Part shown: positions 1-12,100 of the stretch, in pieces
Layout: every line of letters begins with the position of its first letter
Position numbering within the stretch: position 1 is the first letter of the stretch
IMG/VR virus record: IMGVR_UViG_3300008108_000006
Reading direction: 5' to 3' (one strand)
From: a virus
Taxonomy: Duplodnaviria > Heunggongvirae > Uroviricota > Caudoviricetes
DNA length: 64,000 nt
Notes under the pieces: generated by a model
What the model saw: the letters and a program-made list of their open reading frames with translations, nothing else
The model's database searches: none
Told to the model about the DNA's origin: nothing
Position numbers and translations under genes: made by a program

Positions 1-515
1 GCGTTGTGTTGCTTACCACCCTTACCATCAAAGGTCATTTTACACGGCACAGAACCCACAGAATCCCACAAGAATAGAAGATCATACTCAATCTCACCTT
101 TCTCTTGTGCGTCCAACATATCGTTGATATAGTCGGTTATTTGCTCAATATACTCAAAGTTATTATTGAAGATGAAAAATCCATCCCAATCAACCTCACC
201 TGTAGTTTCGTCAATAACCTCTTCACATTCAAATCCCATCAAACGAGCGTGTTCAAACGACCACTTTTGTTCGGTGATAATGAATACAGGAAGAATACCC
301 TTTCTCTGAGCATCAACCGCAGTTTTAACCAACGCTGTTGTTTTACCCGTATCTGAGTGACCCAAAAACATATTAATATGTCCCATCGCAGGACCAGGAA
401 CACCAACCGCATCCAAAAAATCAGGACCCAAGTCAAAATAACTTTGTGGTTTGTACTTCGCTGACGTAGAAAATTTCTCTTTTACTTTTTTGAAATCCGC
501 TTTCTTAATCGCCAT
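1..515 (-). CDS. uvsX: RecA/UvsX-like recombinase, N-terminal part (runs off the left edge)
   Basis: Manual translation from ATG at 515: MAIKKADFKKVKEKFSTSAKYKPQ...; Walker A FLGHSDTGKTT; Walker B LLFLWDSVGS; directly downstream of a gp32-like SSB. Absent from the ORF track because its stop lies outside the window. Confidence 0.8.
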   Translation of the reverse strand, partial: MAIKKADFKKVKEKFSTSAKYKPQSYFDLGPDFLDAVGVPGPAMGHINMFLGHSDTGKTTALVKTAVDAQRKGILPVFIITEQKWSFEHARLMGFECEEVIDETTGEVDWDGFFIFNNNFEYIEQITDYINDMLDAQEKGEIEYDLLFLWDSVGSVPCKMTFDGKGGKQHN

Positions 516-588
516 TTTTTTCTTTTTTACTTATTAAACAAAAAGAACTTGGATACCCAATTTATTCAAGTATCCAAGTCCCATTAAA

Positions 589-1428
589 TTAGAACGGCAT
601 ATCTCCGCTCGCGTCATCAAATGCTTGTGGATCTGAATATGATTTACCACCCATAGATGTGGTAGATTCAGTTGAGTCTCCATAAACATACTTACCCAAA
701 TCGTTGTCCCAACGTGGGGTTTCGCCATTGGCAATCGCCTCTAAATATTCCGCTGGTTTTTTGGAATAAACATTAGACCATACCAACTCATCATCCAACC
801 ACTCTTTTGCTGTCACAGCATTTTCGTGTAATGGTGTTGGATCATCATACATAATGGTCTGAACATTCGTATATTCTTTACCATTACCCGTCTTAGCCTT
901 GTTCATTTGGATAATTAAGTCACGACCTTTCTCAGCGTCGGTGATATCACCTTTTGCTCTCCAAATAGGAATAATCTTATCCAAGATACCCTCATTCTTA
1001 AAGTTGTGTTTGAATCTCCAAAACTTAACCCCATCTTCTTCGTGATCACGATCTACAACTTTTACAATGTAAAATTTACGTGAACGATACTGTTTAGCCA
1101 ATTCCTTGTCAGAATCTTTACCCGTCGCCATTAATTCTTCGTACAACTCGTTCAACGGGGAACGTTCGTTGTCGTTTTTACCAGGATCAAAAAACTTTTG
1201 CCATTTTCCACCAACTTGGATCTCATGGAACCATACTTCCTTAAAAGGTGATGAACCATCAGGTGTTGGTAGAATACGGATTCTAGCTTGACCTTCTTTT
1301 GATTTTTCAGGAAGAAGACATGTGAAATACTTCTTCATTCGCTCTTCCTGCGACATCCCAGAACTAGAGGATGTTCCCGTTTGCGTGTTTTTTTCGTATT
1401 GTGACAATACTGCGTCTAATGAACTCAT
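589..1428 (-). CDS. T4 gp32-like single-stranded DNA-binding protein
   Basis: RIRILP...PFKEVWFH, ELAKQYRSRKFYIVKVVDRD..GVKFW, GRDLII motifs; acidic tail ending DDASGDMPF; adjacent to the recombinase. Confidence 0.8.
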   Translation of the reverse strand: MSSLDAVLSQYEKNTQTGTSSSSGMSQEERMKKYFTCLLPEKSKEGQARIRILPTPDGSSPFKEVWFHEIQVGGKWQKFFDPGKNDNERSPLNELYEELMATGKDSDKELAKQYRSRKFYIVKVVDRDHEEDGVKFWRFKHNFKNEGILDKIIPIWRAKGDITDAEKGRDLIIQMNKAKTGNGKEYTNVQTIMYDDPTPLHENAVTAKEWLDDELVWSNVYSKKPAEYLEAIANGETPRWDNDLGKYVYGDSTESTTSMGGKSYSDPQAFDDASGDMPF

Positions 1429-1487
1429 ATAAAAAAAATTTAGTGTTTACAATTCAATAATAAAACAAAAATGAACATAGTCAAATT

Positions 1488-1510
1488 AAAAAAGGGGTCC
1501 GAAGACCCCT
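1488..1510 (-). terminator. Rho-independent terminator with cUUCGg tetraloop
   Basis: Minus strand reads AGGGGTC-TTCG-GACCCCT-TTTTT, just after the stop of 1521..2180; it separates the structural operon from SSB/UvsX. Confidence 0.85.
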
Positions 1511-1520
1511 ATATTTTTTT

Positions 1521-2180
1521 TTAAGGATACTTAAATTGATTTTGTTGTCCGTAATACATGTCATCTGTATATGAATCAAAGGTATCTCTAACTTCAGAAT
1601 CTGTAAAATCTGAAATCTCATCAGATGTTAAAACATATTCTTTACCTGTTTTTTCAAAATCTTCCTCCTTTTCTTGGAAGAAATCGGTAAGTTTTTGGTT
1701 GAATGGTCCCGAATCTAAACTTCTTAACTCTAATTTCTCCTCGGGAGTTCTTGGACGGTATTTTTCTATCTTATTTTCAATTTGATTTAACTTATCCGTT
1801 AAGTTACTCATCTCAGAAACTTTTGTCTGTAAATCTTCTAATTGTTTAAACAAATCTTCAAAATAATCTTTTTGTTTTTTCTCAATAGATTCCTGAGATT
1901 TTACTAGGTCCGTAACATCCAATTCTTCAGTTCCGTCTTTTTCTTCTTTTTTCTCGTCACCAATCTTTTGAACATCTTTATCCACATCAACATCGATCAC
2001 TTCAGCAGGAGGACCTACTTCACCACCAACAGGTGGGGGTGCAATAGAACCTTCGGGTTCTGCAGGTGGTGGAGGTGGAACATCTCCTGGAGGAGGTGGA
2101 ACCGCCTCTTGTTCCATTATGTATTTGTTAATACGATTGTATCTTGACAATTCTTCCAATATTTTTTTCTCTACCGACAT
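1521..2180 (-). CDS. Hypothetical Pro-rich/coiled-coil protein, possibly virion-internal
   Basis: 219-aa ORF; N-terminus ends ...KYIMEQ; poly-Pro linker; acidic coiled coil. Confidence 0.6.
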   Translation of the reverse strand: MSVEKKILEELSRYNRINKYIMEQEAVPPPPGDVPPPPPAEPEGSIAPPPVGGEVGPPAEVIDVDVDKDVQKIGDEKKEEKDGTEELDVTDLVKSQESIEKKQKDYFEDLFKQLEDLQTKVSEMSNLTDKLNQIENKIEKYRPRTPEEKLELRSLDSGPFNQKLTDFFQEKEEDFEKTGKEYVLTSDEISDFTDSEVRDTFDSYTDDMYYGQQNQFKYP

Positions 2181-2184
2181 CTTA

Positions 2185-2409
2185 TTATCCGTTTAATAAT
2201 TGTTTATAACCTGTTGGTGTTTCGACTTGGATTTTTCTAGAAGCGTTCTTCACGTTATCCACTCTTTCAATTAAACCATCTCTCATACTTATTTGATAAC
2301 AATCACCTGTGTCTAAATCACACACCTCAGTATAACCATTATCTAAAGTTTTTTGTGAAATCCTTGTATTCTTACCAAGGTATCTATCTAAATGTTCTTT
2401 AATATTCAT
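2185..2409 (-). CDS. Hypothetical small late protein
   Basis: 74-aa ORF tightly packed with its neighbours; TATTTAT motif upstream at 2427-2433. Confidence 0.6.
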   Translation of the reverse strand: MNIKEHLDRYLGKNTRISQKTLDNGYTEVCDLDTGDCYQISMRDGLIERVDNVKNASRKIQVETPTGYKQLLNG

Positions 2410-2452
2410 AATATTATCTTTGTTTAATAAATATCTAGTTTTTTCGTTAGTT

Positions 2453-5400
2453 TCAAATCTTTATGTTTAATGATGGAACTAATCCTAATTTTTTTGCAAG
2501 AACCACCCCTTCATAAATATTTTTAGCCCAAGAACTATATTGTGTTTCATTACGTGATATGAAACTTAATAGTTGTGATTCTGTTAAATTGTTCGCCCAA
2601 TATAGTAACCAAACGTCAGTAACTTGGAATGATATTAAAGCGGAATCAGTTGCTGTCAATCCACTATAATTCAAAACCCCTTTTGATTGGTTCAGAGAAA
2701 TCCTCTTAGATGGTTTTTCAAAATAATTAACCAACATGTTAATATTGTTACTATCAGATGCAAAAGAAACAAAAGGTAAGCTATTACCGTTTGAATTTGT
2801 CAAACAGAAGTATTGATTTTTAAAGTAGGTGGGTATGTTTCCACCGTACTTTTTATCTAAGGTAACTCCCGCAAAATTATAATCATAACCTGTTAATTTT
2901 TCAGTATTAGAACTTGACATATATAACGTACAAAAAGTTAATAATCTATTAGCCTCATTTGCTGTCGCTTGTGAAATATATCTAGCCGCTTGTTTAAAAC
3001 TTAACTCACTTATCAATGCATCGGAAGGTTGATAAGATACATATGACGGATCAAGTTTATTAACACATGATGCGTTAGAACCTAACGTAAATGATGTTTT
3101 GTTGGTAACGTTACTTCCAACATTAGTTATATTAACAGTGGTTGGTGTTTGATTATTTTCATCCTCCCTCTTTTTCTTCAATTTACTTAATAACCCGCTT
3201 AAGACCACTTGGTTTAACGATGTAATTTGTTTGTCCAATTGTGGCATAGAATAAATAGGTATTCTAACACCTTTAAATTGTGTTGTAAATTGTCCCGGTG
3301 CTATTTGGTGTGTTACCGACTGTATATGATAAGGACCATTAAACATCGGAACGTTTTTCAAATTAAAATACATCGTTGGTTGTATCATTGAATTACCCAA
3401 TGATGTTATTTCAACTTCATAAGATCTATTTTTGTATAGATTATATAGCGATAAACTCTGTGCAATCCCTCTTTTACCTCCCGCAGCACTTGCCGTATCA
3501 GCAATTACTTTATTAGCTTCCGTTGTTGCAAGAGAATTGGTTTGAGATAGGTTAATGTTATAAAACATACCTTGTGATCTTGTTCCAAAATCCACGTTAA
3601 ATCCAACAACTTTATTTGAAAGGTGATAATCATTTTTATTAACCGGTGTTTGAAATAACAAAGCATTCTCGGAAGTTCTTGTAATATCAAAACTATCATT
3701 TCCAAATCTATAATCATCAGATCTTCTCATATCCAAATGTTCTGATACTTTACCACCATATATGCAAACAATTTTTGATCGAGCTTGTCTATAATCGACG
3801 TTAAGGTGGGTACCAAATAATGTTTGTGCCAAATCTTGACTGTTTTCAGGATTTGGTTGTCCGTCAGCATCAATCAATTCTTTACTCCAAAAATTCATGT
3901 AAGCCCCCATAGGCATCATCATAAACTTATTATCACTCAAAATTTTACTAAAAAAGTCCAACACTCTCATATTAAGAGGATTGTTATTTAATAACGTCTT
4001 AAAACTAAAAATGTCAATCAACGCGGTTCTACCAATATCTCTATTTGCTCTATCCAAAAATACAACATCTTGGAACAGGGTTCTTCCTTTATAGTCGTTA
4101 CCCGCAATCCACTTATTATCCAAGGTTTTCATAGTATCCCAAATCTCATATTTTGGTGCGTTACCGTCAATAATACTATTAATTTTTTGTGATGAATTAA
4201 CCGTAACTATTGGAAGTTGTTTTCCTAATTGATTAAACAATATCGTAAAAATATTTGTTTGTAACTCCGTTGCAGAATTAACATAATCATCAATTAATGT
4301 TGTGAAAATATCTTTTGTCATTACACCATTTGCCAAGTATTTTTGGGTAGCATACACCTTAATTAATGGGGCACAAGTAATAACATTTGCTTCCGTAAAT
4401 GCAATATTATTATCAACAAAAAAATCTGTAATATAAGAACCATCACTAGAATAATAGAACCCATAAGGTACCGTAGTTCCCGATGAATATAAACCCACAT
4501 ATGTCTTTAACGCTTTCCAAGCCAAAGGATTTGAATTCTCTGACTGTTCCAAAGTTACCGTTCCACTACTTGTGGGTAATGAACCATTAACATACGGACT
4601 AAATACAATAGGATCGGTTATCTTATTTGTTTGGAATGAGCCATACAATCTTCTATTAAAGTTTGATGGGTTTCCATTTACAAATAACACGTTTTGATCC
4701 AAAAATAACCTACAATTATTTGATAATTTATCTTGTTGAGCATTTGCAACTTTAGCAATAAACACATCATTAGATATCGCACCGTTAAATCGGTCAATAA
4801 ACATCATGTCAGTCATTAATGCTTGAAAATTACCGAAGGTCACATCACTAACATATGGGTTTTGGAAATTACTTTTTGGACGACAAAAATCTAAAAACAT
4901 TGTTTCAAAATCATCTAACACTTCCTTAGAGAATGTTGCAAACATCTCATCAATTCTTGTATATTCAAAATCCGTTTCAAAAGAAAACGCATCTTGCTTA
5001 TTAACATCACTTTTGACTTTCTTGATGTATTCATAATAATCGGGTTTTGTAAACGCCGCACTAGAAAAATAACCAAAAGGACCCGAACCCCAAATGAAAT
5101 TAGTCGTTGCATTATAAATTGACGGATTATTCTCAACTTGATTGTATTGATTTAAGTTACTATAACTACTTAAATTGTTTTGAGTAAATAAGAAATTAGA
5201 TACCTCATTAACCGGCGATCCGAAACTTGGATATACTAAAATACTTTGTTGGTATTTTCTTGGGAATGAAGTATTATTATTTACGTCAAATGTAATGGCG
5301 TATGGTGTATAATTTAAGAATTTAACACCACCATCATTGTATGGTTGATTTACATTATTATCAACATTATTTCGTATTTCAAGTTGATTACCACAAGTTG

Positions 5401-8400
5401 AACCAACATAATCAGAATCTGTATATCCTGTTAATAAATCAAAACCTGTTGTAAAGTAAGTAAAATCATTTATTAATTTAGGGTAAAATCCAGCAGTAAT
5501 ATTAGTTAATGTAACCGTATCAGTAATTGAATTTTGTAACGTGATAGTATTATCACTTCTTGAACCATTAACAAATGTTTTCGTATTGTAACTTCTAGTA
5601 GTTGATGAAGTTGTTGGATCGTAATTTGCCGAATAATCAAAGTTTTTCCAAACACCATCCAAAATATCAACACCTTCATTTACTTGTTTCTTATATCTGT
5701 ACCAAATTGAACCGTACTTAATAATCCAAGAATAAGGTAATGATTGAACCGAACCATATTTATTTAAAACCGAAGCGATATATTCACCATACGTCCCACC
5801 ACTAACGAATTTTTCTCTCAAAGTCGCCAAAGGTAATGAATTTAAGAATAAATACGCAGATTGGACATACGGATATGTTTCATTACTTCTTTCACTTTGA
5901 ACTCCGGATAAAATAGAATTTGTAAAAAATGGTGTATTCATCATAGATATTACCCTATCACCCCACACACCCTCGGTTGCTAATCTATCGCCCGCCAATT
6001 TTGTTGCATATATTTGTAACGGTGTTAGAATACCGCTACTATCGTATTGAATGGGTTTAAACGCCGTATAATCCAATACAGTAAAGGGTTTTGGCGCGTT
6101 TTTAGGATCTGCAGTGGCAAAATTAGTTATATAATTTATTCTATCATTAAACACTAACGTTTGTGTTGTTTTGTAGAATCTAAGTCCGTCCGTTGCTCCG
6201 TTTTGTAACGAATTAGTATTAAATGTATCCGAAACAAATGGGTATAAATCCGTAAATCCTTTTCCCGTTTCTACCTTCAATAGATCCGAAACTCTCTTTT
6301 TAGATGGCGCACTAATATTTGGTAAAACTGTTTCAATTAATGTCGTATTTCCCGATAAAACTTGAAATGGTTTGTCCGTTTTTCCAACCAAATATTTATT
6401 TGTATAATAACCTCTAATGAATTGATTCCACGAAATACCTTTACCTTCATTAGATATGTGTCTCATCAAATCAGTAATATTTCCCGGTTGTATTGAAAAA
6501 TCTTTCAAGATTTTAATTAGTTCGGGATTATCATTTGCTAATGCTTTTAATATATTCTCAGTTTCAAAATCAGCAATCGTTTTATAAACCTCCTTCTTAT
6601 TTGAAACATCCGTATTTAATTTATCATAAAATGACGCAGTGAAAACCCTTTCATAAATTTCATAAATAAATGAAACAACCTCTGTTATTGAATAGGTTCT
6701 ATTTGTTGTTGGGTAATCAAAAGCGTTTAACGTAACTCTATTTATAGTTTTTTCTTCGTTGGTGGAACTTGTTGGATTTTGTAGAATCTCAAGATCTCTA
6801 ACCGCCAAACCTTTCATATATTCTTCAACAAATTCTACTTCAGGCCAAATATCATACCTGTAAGCCTGTGTTTGATTAATCACCGATGGATCACCAGGAT
6901 ATCTTAACTCAAACTTTCCACCATCTGTGGTGTTTTGTGTTTCAACAAAATATTGTGGCCAAGGATAAACAGGAATATCACCCGCAGCCGTGGTATCTAT
7001 ATTATTTTTATTCTCGTTGTTCAGGATTGCCGACTTTCTAATAGGATCAAACCTAACATCCCAAGCCTTAGTATGAACATCATCCAACAATCGTAAGAAC
7101 GCCTCTAACGATGCGAATAAAACCGCACATACATTTCTCATTGTTGGTTTAAATCCTAACCCATTGTTACCCTCAATCTTTTTTTGTAATTCAGATGTTA
7201 AGGTATCTTCAATTTGTGTTCTTACTTTGGTTGCGTTGGTATCTAACTTTTGAATCAAATCAACAAAAGTACCTTCACCTTCAAAATACATTACCTTTTG
7301 AGGTAATTTTACAGGACCCGCTTCCGAATCCGTCGTATTATCGGGTTGGTTATTGACAATACCATTTATCTTTATACTTGTATTAGAAAATTTAAGTTTA
7401 TTTAATTCAATTCTAAAATTTTCTGTTTCAGCACTTGTTGGTATTCTTTTTAACCTTTCTTGTAATGTTTTTTGTTCGTCAATCATTCCCAAGTCACGAA
7501 TAATCGTTCCAACGGTGATATCATTATTAAGACCTGTTATTAGTTTTTTTATATTATTAATAGTTGCCGATCCACCACTACCTAACGTTTTGTTTTCAGA
7601 TAATAATTTATTATATTCCTTTACTATTTTATCAAGTATAACCTCAGCATCTTTCATACTTTGTTGAGATTGTCTAACATTCTCTTTATAGAGATAAAAC
7701 TTTTTACCTGTATTATCATAATAAAACAATGATGTATCAACATACTTAGATGACCACGAATTGAGATCGGTAGAATAAACAGAATTTTGATAGTTTATTA
7801 GATTTTTCTTATAAGAATCAACGTCAGATAATGAAGAGAAATCTTGTTTCCCAAATGTGGCCAATAAATTTTCTTCAAGTTTTTCTAATTTAATCTGTAA
7901 TTGATTAAGTGTCATCTCGGGGAAATTCTCATCAACCAATCTTTGAGATTTATAATCTTGATAAACTTCTTTTAATTTTTGTAATCCTCTTGACGTTACA
8001 ACTTGATTGACATCTGTATTAGTATTTCCATTAGTGAATAACGCAGCGTTTTGAGCCTGTGTATTAGATGGTGGTGAAATGTTATAAGTTGTATTATACA
8101 TATGTGGTAATGCAAACAAATATGCCACCGAAGTTTCGGCTAAAACAGAGTATTTGTAAGCAACAAACTTAAGATTAACAGTATAATCACCCGTGGATCC
8201 TTGGAATGACGCTTCAAAATTTTGTAATATTAATTCATATCTTATAGCTTTACCATAATAACCCTTCATTGTTAAATAAAATGTTGGGTATGGTAAGTTA
8301 AAAAATGCAGCATATGGTGAATTATCACCTTTTTCAAATAACGCTCTACCCTGCACGTCAATTAACCTAACATTAACTACCGGTGTAAAACTCCTATCAT

Positions 8401-8842
8401 TAGTTACCGTTATACTTTCAATACCTAATAGTTCAGTGTCCTGTATATTACCCGTTGTTTGATACCTTTCAATAGTGTTATTACCTTGTGGGTCTTGGAA
8501 AACTCTACCTTTTTGAAAGTTTTGATTAATTCCTTGACCTTTCAAACTATTTTTTCCTGTAATCTCATCGGTATATTCGTTACTAAAGTATCCTTTACCA
8601 CCAGGATTTAAGAAATTAATTTGTGCGATTTTTACGTTTCGGATAGAATCGTCTAATGTGGAACCTTGAACAAGTTTTGTTCCCGGTATTACACGGGCTT
8701 CCAAATTAGCATACATGACAAGTTCTTCATGATTTACCAATCGTTCATCATAACTATTCCCATTAGTTCCAACCGTTTTATTAGGATCAATAATAACTAT
8801 GTTGTCGTAGTCAAAATCTACTAGTATTTTTTTATCTGCCAT
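2453..8842 (-). CDS. Large baseplate hub-like structural protein (gp27/GpD-like ends)
   Basis: 2129 aa; late segment YEVEITSLGNSMIQPTMYFNL...YHIQSVTHQI..GQFTTQFKGVR is typical of hub/late-control-D folds; follows a LysM wedge gene in the tail operon. Confidence 0.6.
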   Translation of the reverse strand: MADKKILVDFDYDNIVIIDPNKTVGTNGNSYDERLVNHEELVMYANLEARVIPGTKLVQGSTLDDSIRNVKIAQINFLNPGGKGYFSNEYTDEITGKNSLKGQGINQNFQKGRVFQDPQGNNTIERYQTTGNIQDTELLGIESITVTNDRSFTPVVNVRLIDVQGRALFEKGDNSPYAAFFNLPYPTFYLTMKGYYGKAIRYELILQNFEASFQGSTGDYTVNLKFVAYKYSVLAETSVAYLFALPHMYNTTYNISPPSNTQAQNAALFTNGNTNTDVNQVVTSRGLQKLKEVYQDYKSQRLVDENFPEMTLNQLQIKLEKLEENLLATFGKQDFSSLSDVDSYKKNLINYQNSVYSTDLNSWSSKYVDTSLFYYDNTGKKFYLYKENVRQSQQSMKDAEVILDKIVKEYNKLLSENKTLGSGGSATINNIKKLITGLNNDITVGTIIRDLGMIDEQKTLQERLKRIPTSAETENFRIELNKLKFSNTSIKINGIVNNQPDNTTDSEAGPVKLPQKVMYFEGEGTFVDLIQKLDTNATKVRTQIEDTLTSELQKKIEGNNGLGFKPTMRNVCAVLFASLEAFLRLLDDVHTKAWDVRFDPIRKSAILNNENKNNIDTTAAGDIPVYPWPQYFVETQNTTDGGKFELRYPGDPSVINQTQAYRYDIWPEVEFVEEYMKGLAVRDLEILQNPTSSTNEEKTINRVTLNAFDYPTTNRTYSITEVVSFIYEIYERVFTASFYDKLNTDVSNKKEVYKTIADFETENILKALANDNPELIKILKDFSIQPGNITDLMRHISNEGKGISWNQFIRGYYTNKYLVGKTDKPFQVLSGNTTLIETVLPNISAPSKKRVSDLLKVETGKGFTDLYPFVSDTFNTNSLQNGATDGLRFYKTTQTLVFNDRINYITNFATADPKNAPKPFTVLDYTAFKPIQYDSSGILTPLQIYATKLAGDRLATEGVWGDRVISMMNTPFFTNSILSGVQSERSNETYPYVQSAYLFLNSLPLATLREKFVSGGTYGEYIASVLNKYGSVQSLPYSWIIKYGSIWYRYKKQVNEGVDILDGVWKNFDYSANYDPTTSSTTRSYNTKTFVNGSRSDNTITLQNSITDTVTLTNITAGFYPKLINDFTYFTTGFDLLTGYTDSDYVGSTCGNQLEIRNNVDNNVNQPYNDGGVKFLNYTPYAITFDVNNNTSFPRKYQQSILVYPSFGSPVNEVSNFLFTQNNLSSYSNLNQYNQVENNPSIYNATTNFIWGSGPFGYFSSAAFTKPDYYEYIKKVKSDVNKQDAFSFETDFEYTRIDEMFATFSKEVLDDFETMFLDFCRPKSNFQNPYVSDVTFGNFQALMTDMMFIDRFNGAISNDVFIAKVANAQQDKLSNNCRLFLDQNVLFVNGNPSNFNRRLYGSFQTNKITDPIVFSPYVNGSLPTSSGTVTLEQSENSNPLAWKALKTYVGLYSSGTTVPYGFYYSSDGSYITDFFVDNNIAFTEANVITCAPLIKVYATQKYLANGVMTKDIFTTLIDDYVNSATELQTNIFTILFNQLGKQLPIVTVNSSQKINSIIDGNAPKYEIWDTMKTLDNKWIAGNDYKGRTLFQDVVFLDRANRDIGRTALIDIFSFKTLLNNNPLNMRVLDFFSKILSDNKFMMMPMGAYMNFWSKELIDADGQPNPENSQDLAQTLFGTHLNVDYRQARSKIVCIYGGKVSEHLDMRRSDDYRFGNDSFDITRTSENALLFQTPVNKNDYHLSNKVVGFNVDFGTRSQGMFYNINLSQTNSLATTEANKVIADTASAAGGKRGIAQSLSLYNLYKNRSYEVEITSLGNSMIQPTMYFNLKNVPMFNGPYHIQSVTHQIAPGQFTTQFKGVRIPIYSMPQLDKQITSLNQVVLSGLLSKLKKKREDENNQTPTTVNITNVGSNVTNKTSFTLGSNASCVNKLDPSYVSYQPSDALISELSFKQAARYISQATANEANRLLTFCTLYMSSSNTEKLTGYDYNFAGVTLDKKYGGNIPTYFKNQYFCLTNSNGNSLPFVSFASDSNNINMLVNYFEKPSKRISLNQSKGVLNYSGLTATDSALISFQVTDVWLLYWANNLTESQLLSFISRNETQYSSWAKNIYEGVVLAKKLGLVPSLNIKI

Positions 8843-9155
8843 AATAGAAGAAGTAATTATTCAATGCCGCGTTATAATCTTGTAGTGTCGCCACCAATGG
8901 AAATGGAACGTTTATTGTCGTACCATCGGGTATTGACCATTCTAAACCACCAAATTGTGGATTTGCTTGTAATATTAACCAACCAAAAAAAGGTGTGCCA
9001 TAATATTCCTGTGATATCTTATCCATTCTACTTCTTCCTACACGATAAATGTATCTTTGATCCGAGTTTTTAGGTCTCAAAGGAACAAATGGGACAACGG
9101 TTTGACCACCATTTACTTCAAAATCCACATATCTATTATAATATTGATAACTCAT
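8832..9155 (-). CDS. LysM-like baseplate wedge protein (gp53/tail X-like)
   Basis: YIYRVGRSRMDKISQEYYG...WLILQANP...IPDGTTINVP LysM-type pattern; baseplate gene context. Confidence 0.7.
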   Translation of the reverse strand: MSYQYYNRYVDFEVNGGQTVVPFVPLRPKNSDQRYIYRVGRSRMDKISQEYYGTPFFGWLILQANPQFGGLEWSIPDGTTINVPFPLVATLQDYNAALNNYFFYYGR

Positions 9156-12100
9156 AGTTTAAACTTCTTTTTAAGATTGTAAGGATTATCAGTATCGGCA
9201 TCATTATTAGAATTAAACAATTTACTCAATCTTGTTTTATCATCACTACTTGGTGTAAAATCAGTCGTATATGAACAAGTCCTATCAACACCAACGTTTA
9301 TACCAACAACATTTAGAATGTCTTTATTAATTGTGTTTTTATTATCATCAACAATACTTAATTCCGTATTATAAGCACTTTCAAAGACCGACTTCACCTT
9401 ACCAAATTCATCATTTATTATTGTAAGTGAAATAGGATCTGTGATACCGTTAGTGATTGCACTCATAAAATTAGTATAATCATTAATATAAACACCACTC
9501 ATTAACATATATTCTAACTTAGATTCCGGAGTTGTAAACCCAAATTTAGTAACAGGGAATATTTCAGAGTCAAATTTGAAGCTTTGAGTCACATAAGGTG
9601 GGTAATCCCCATCAGTTAAAGTAGTTATAAATTGATTACAATAGGTTCCTATTGTTGTTAAGTCAGTAGTCATTACCGAAAGAGTTGAACCCGTTATTTT
9701 ATATAACTTCGGTTCTCCCTTTTCAATGAAACCATCTCTTTCAGTTAATACATAATTCAATTTATCTATTGTAAATACATAGTCTTGTTCTAACGTATTC
9801 AATGATTGAATTGATGTGGTAAGTTTAGTTAAAAACGTAGGTGCATATCCACTAACATAGTTTATGTAGTTCTGTTTCAAATCTCTAACTACACTATTTT
9901 TAACATTTCTGTTTTGTTCTAATGTGGATATTTGAGATAATGATCCATTATTGATTTTACTTTGTAATTGTGAGAAGAAAGAAACATACCTGGATTGAAT
10001 ATTTACAGGTGATCCAAATAGATTAACATCTTGTGGTGACGTATATTGATTGAACTTACCTGTGTTATATTTTAGAACATTCGTAACGTTTTGTAATACC
10101 CCATAATTATAATTCTTAAGTGTATCGTTTAAGAAATTATACACACCATTATAATAATTTTTAGACTGTGTAACAAACCCATCAAACACTTTAGTATATG
10201 ATATATTACCATAAACCACGGTAGATGTTCCCGACGTTGCCGCAGAGGTTGTAGTACTCTTAATTTCACCAATTGTTGCACCACCAAGTGATGTGGAAAC
10301 CGGAGTTGCTTGTGAAACCGATGTGGTTGTCTCAGTTTCAGTTAAACCTAATGCACCAATAAATTGTTGATTGAATTGTTCTCTATCTTCCGTTTTTTCA
10401 GCTCTTTCATCATACATCTCAGTATTTGCATAATAATTAAACGATAATGCGTTTTGTAATTTTTCAATTGGTTCTTTAAGTCCCGAACCACCAATAAAGT
10501 TAAAACTTAACGTAACATCACAAATCATCGGTTGCATACCAATACCTTCGGGATTCAAATCAAAATTTTCAAATTTGAAACTTAAGTTTGTTGGAATAAT
10601 TTTAGTATTATAGAAATCACCAATTCTTAGCACCAACACAGGTGGGGCACCAAACGCGGTGTTTGTTGCAACATCCGTTACAGGTTTTCCATCCAAACCT
10701 ATTGTTGGTATCGTATCACCCGGTCTTACACATTGATTTAAGAATGTCAATCTTGAATTTAATCCTTCAGGTGTCATTGAGTGAAACGTTGGATTAAAAT
10801 ATTTGATCTTGTCTTTGATTGAATCAAAAACAACAGGATCAGTACTTTTCAATATATCAAAATAGTTACACTCAGATAATAAAGATCTAACAATTCTCTT
10901 ACTAACATCATTTTTAATTTTTTGTTGTATGGTTGTAGTCGTTACAGGTTTTGGTGCTTCCAATGGTAATTGTCCTGTTGTTTGTTCTTGCTTAGGTGGT
11001 ACCGCACTTATTTGTGGTGGTGGAGGTGCTTGAGGAATATCACCGGGAACATATTTAATATCCTTAATTGCAACTCTTCTACAAGCAGATGCTTGAACGG
11101 AAAATATCTTATTGTATGGTATATTTTTAGTATCTAAGTCAGTACAATTATAACCCTGTGATTTAGTCCCTTTATTGAAACTATATAGTGTAGCACTTGA
11201 TTCTTGCTCACCTCTCGCAGAACCCGAATCAATTTTCAATCTTCCCGAATCTATGTATGAACCCAAAACATTTTGGAAATAATCTTTAACACTATCAATT
11301 CTTCTTTTTGACAAATCAACGTTGTAACTTATTGTTGCAGGTGCGGACGCAGAACCAATTAAAGTAATTGTTATACTTTTAGCAGTCCCGTCATCCAAAA
11401 CTTTCTTTATCTCGGGAACCAATTTATTACCAACAGTTGTGAAGTTATCAATAACAATATCATCAAAGAAATTTTGCATCTCAGTTTGTGTATTATTTCT
11501 TGAAGCAACTTCAATGAAGGTTGTTTCCTTACTTAATAAGAAATTATATTCAACATCATAAGCACTCGTTGTTTGAGTTAATCTCGTATTTGGATCGGGA
11601 TAATCGTTGTAAAAATAAAAACCTAAGTTTTTAAACTTATCCCAATTTAATTCAGATGGTTTGGTTTGTTGAGGAATAATTGGTGCCGGTTGTGATTGAT
11701 TAATCGGTTGTGTAGATTCCTGTGTTGCAGGATTTTGTGGTGTTGTTGTATTAACAATTGATTGAAAATATACCAAATCCGATGCCGGTATGGTATTATA
11801 TGTTTGAGCCAATTCATACAAATCATATTCTTTACAACCCGCGAAGAAAGAATCAACGATATTATCAGCAGTTTCTCTATCAGTATTCGCCAAAACCTTA
11901 TTAACAATAAGATTTAATATAGATGGGTGATCCACCACAATCTTAAATGATAATTGACCCGATCTTGATGTGTTTTTATAAGTATAAACAGGTTCAGGTC
12001 GTCCAATAAATGTATTTTCATTAAACGACGGTCTTGAATCCTCACTAAATGTTAAACCATAAGGTGGGAACCACATTATTCTACCCCCATTAGGACCTCT

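Noticed and set aside
105-436. Track ORFs 105..356 (+) and 239..436 (-)
   Set aside because: They are shadow frames over the RecA/UvsX gene, which has clear Walker motifs.
1457-1484. Sigma70-like promoter TTGACT-N16-TATTAT upstream of the SSB
   Set aside because: Plausible, but the spacing is suboptimal and such matches are common in AT-rich DNA; too weak to call.
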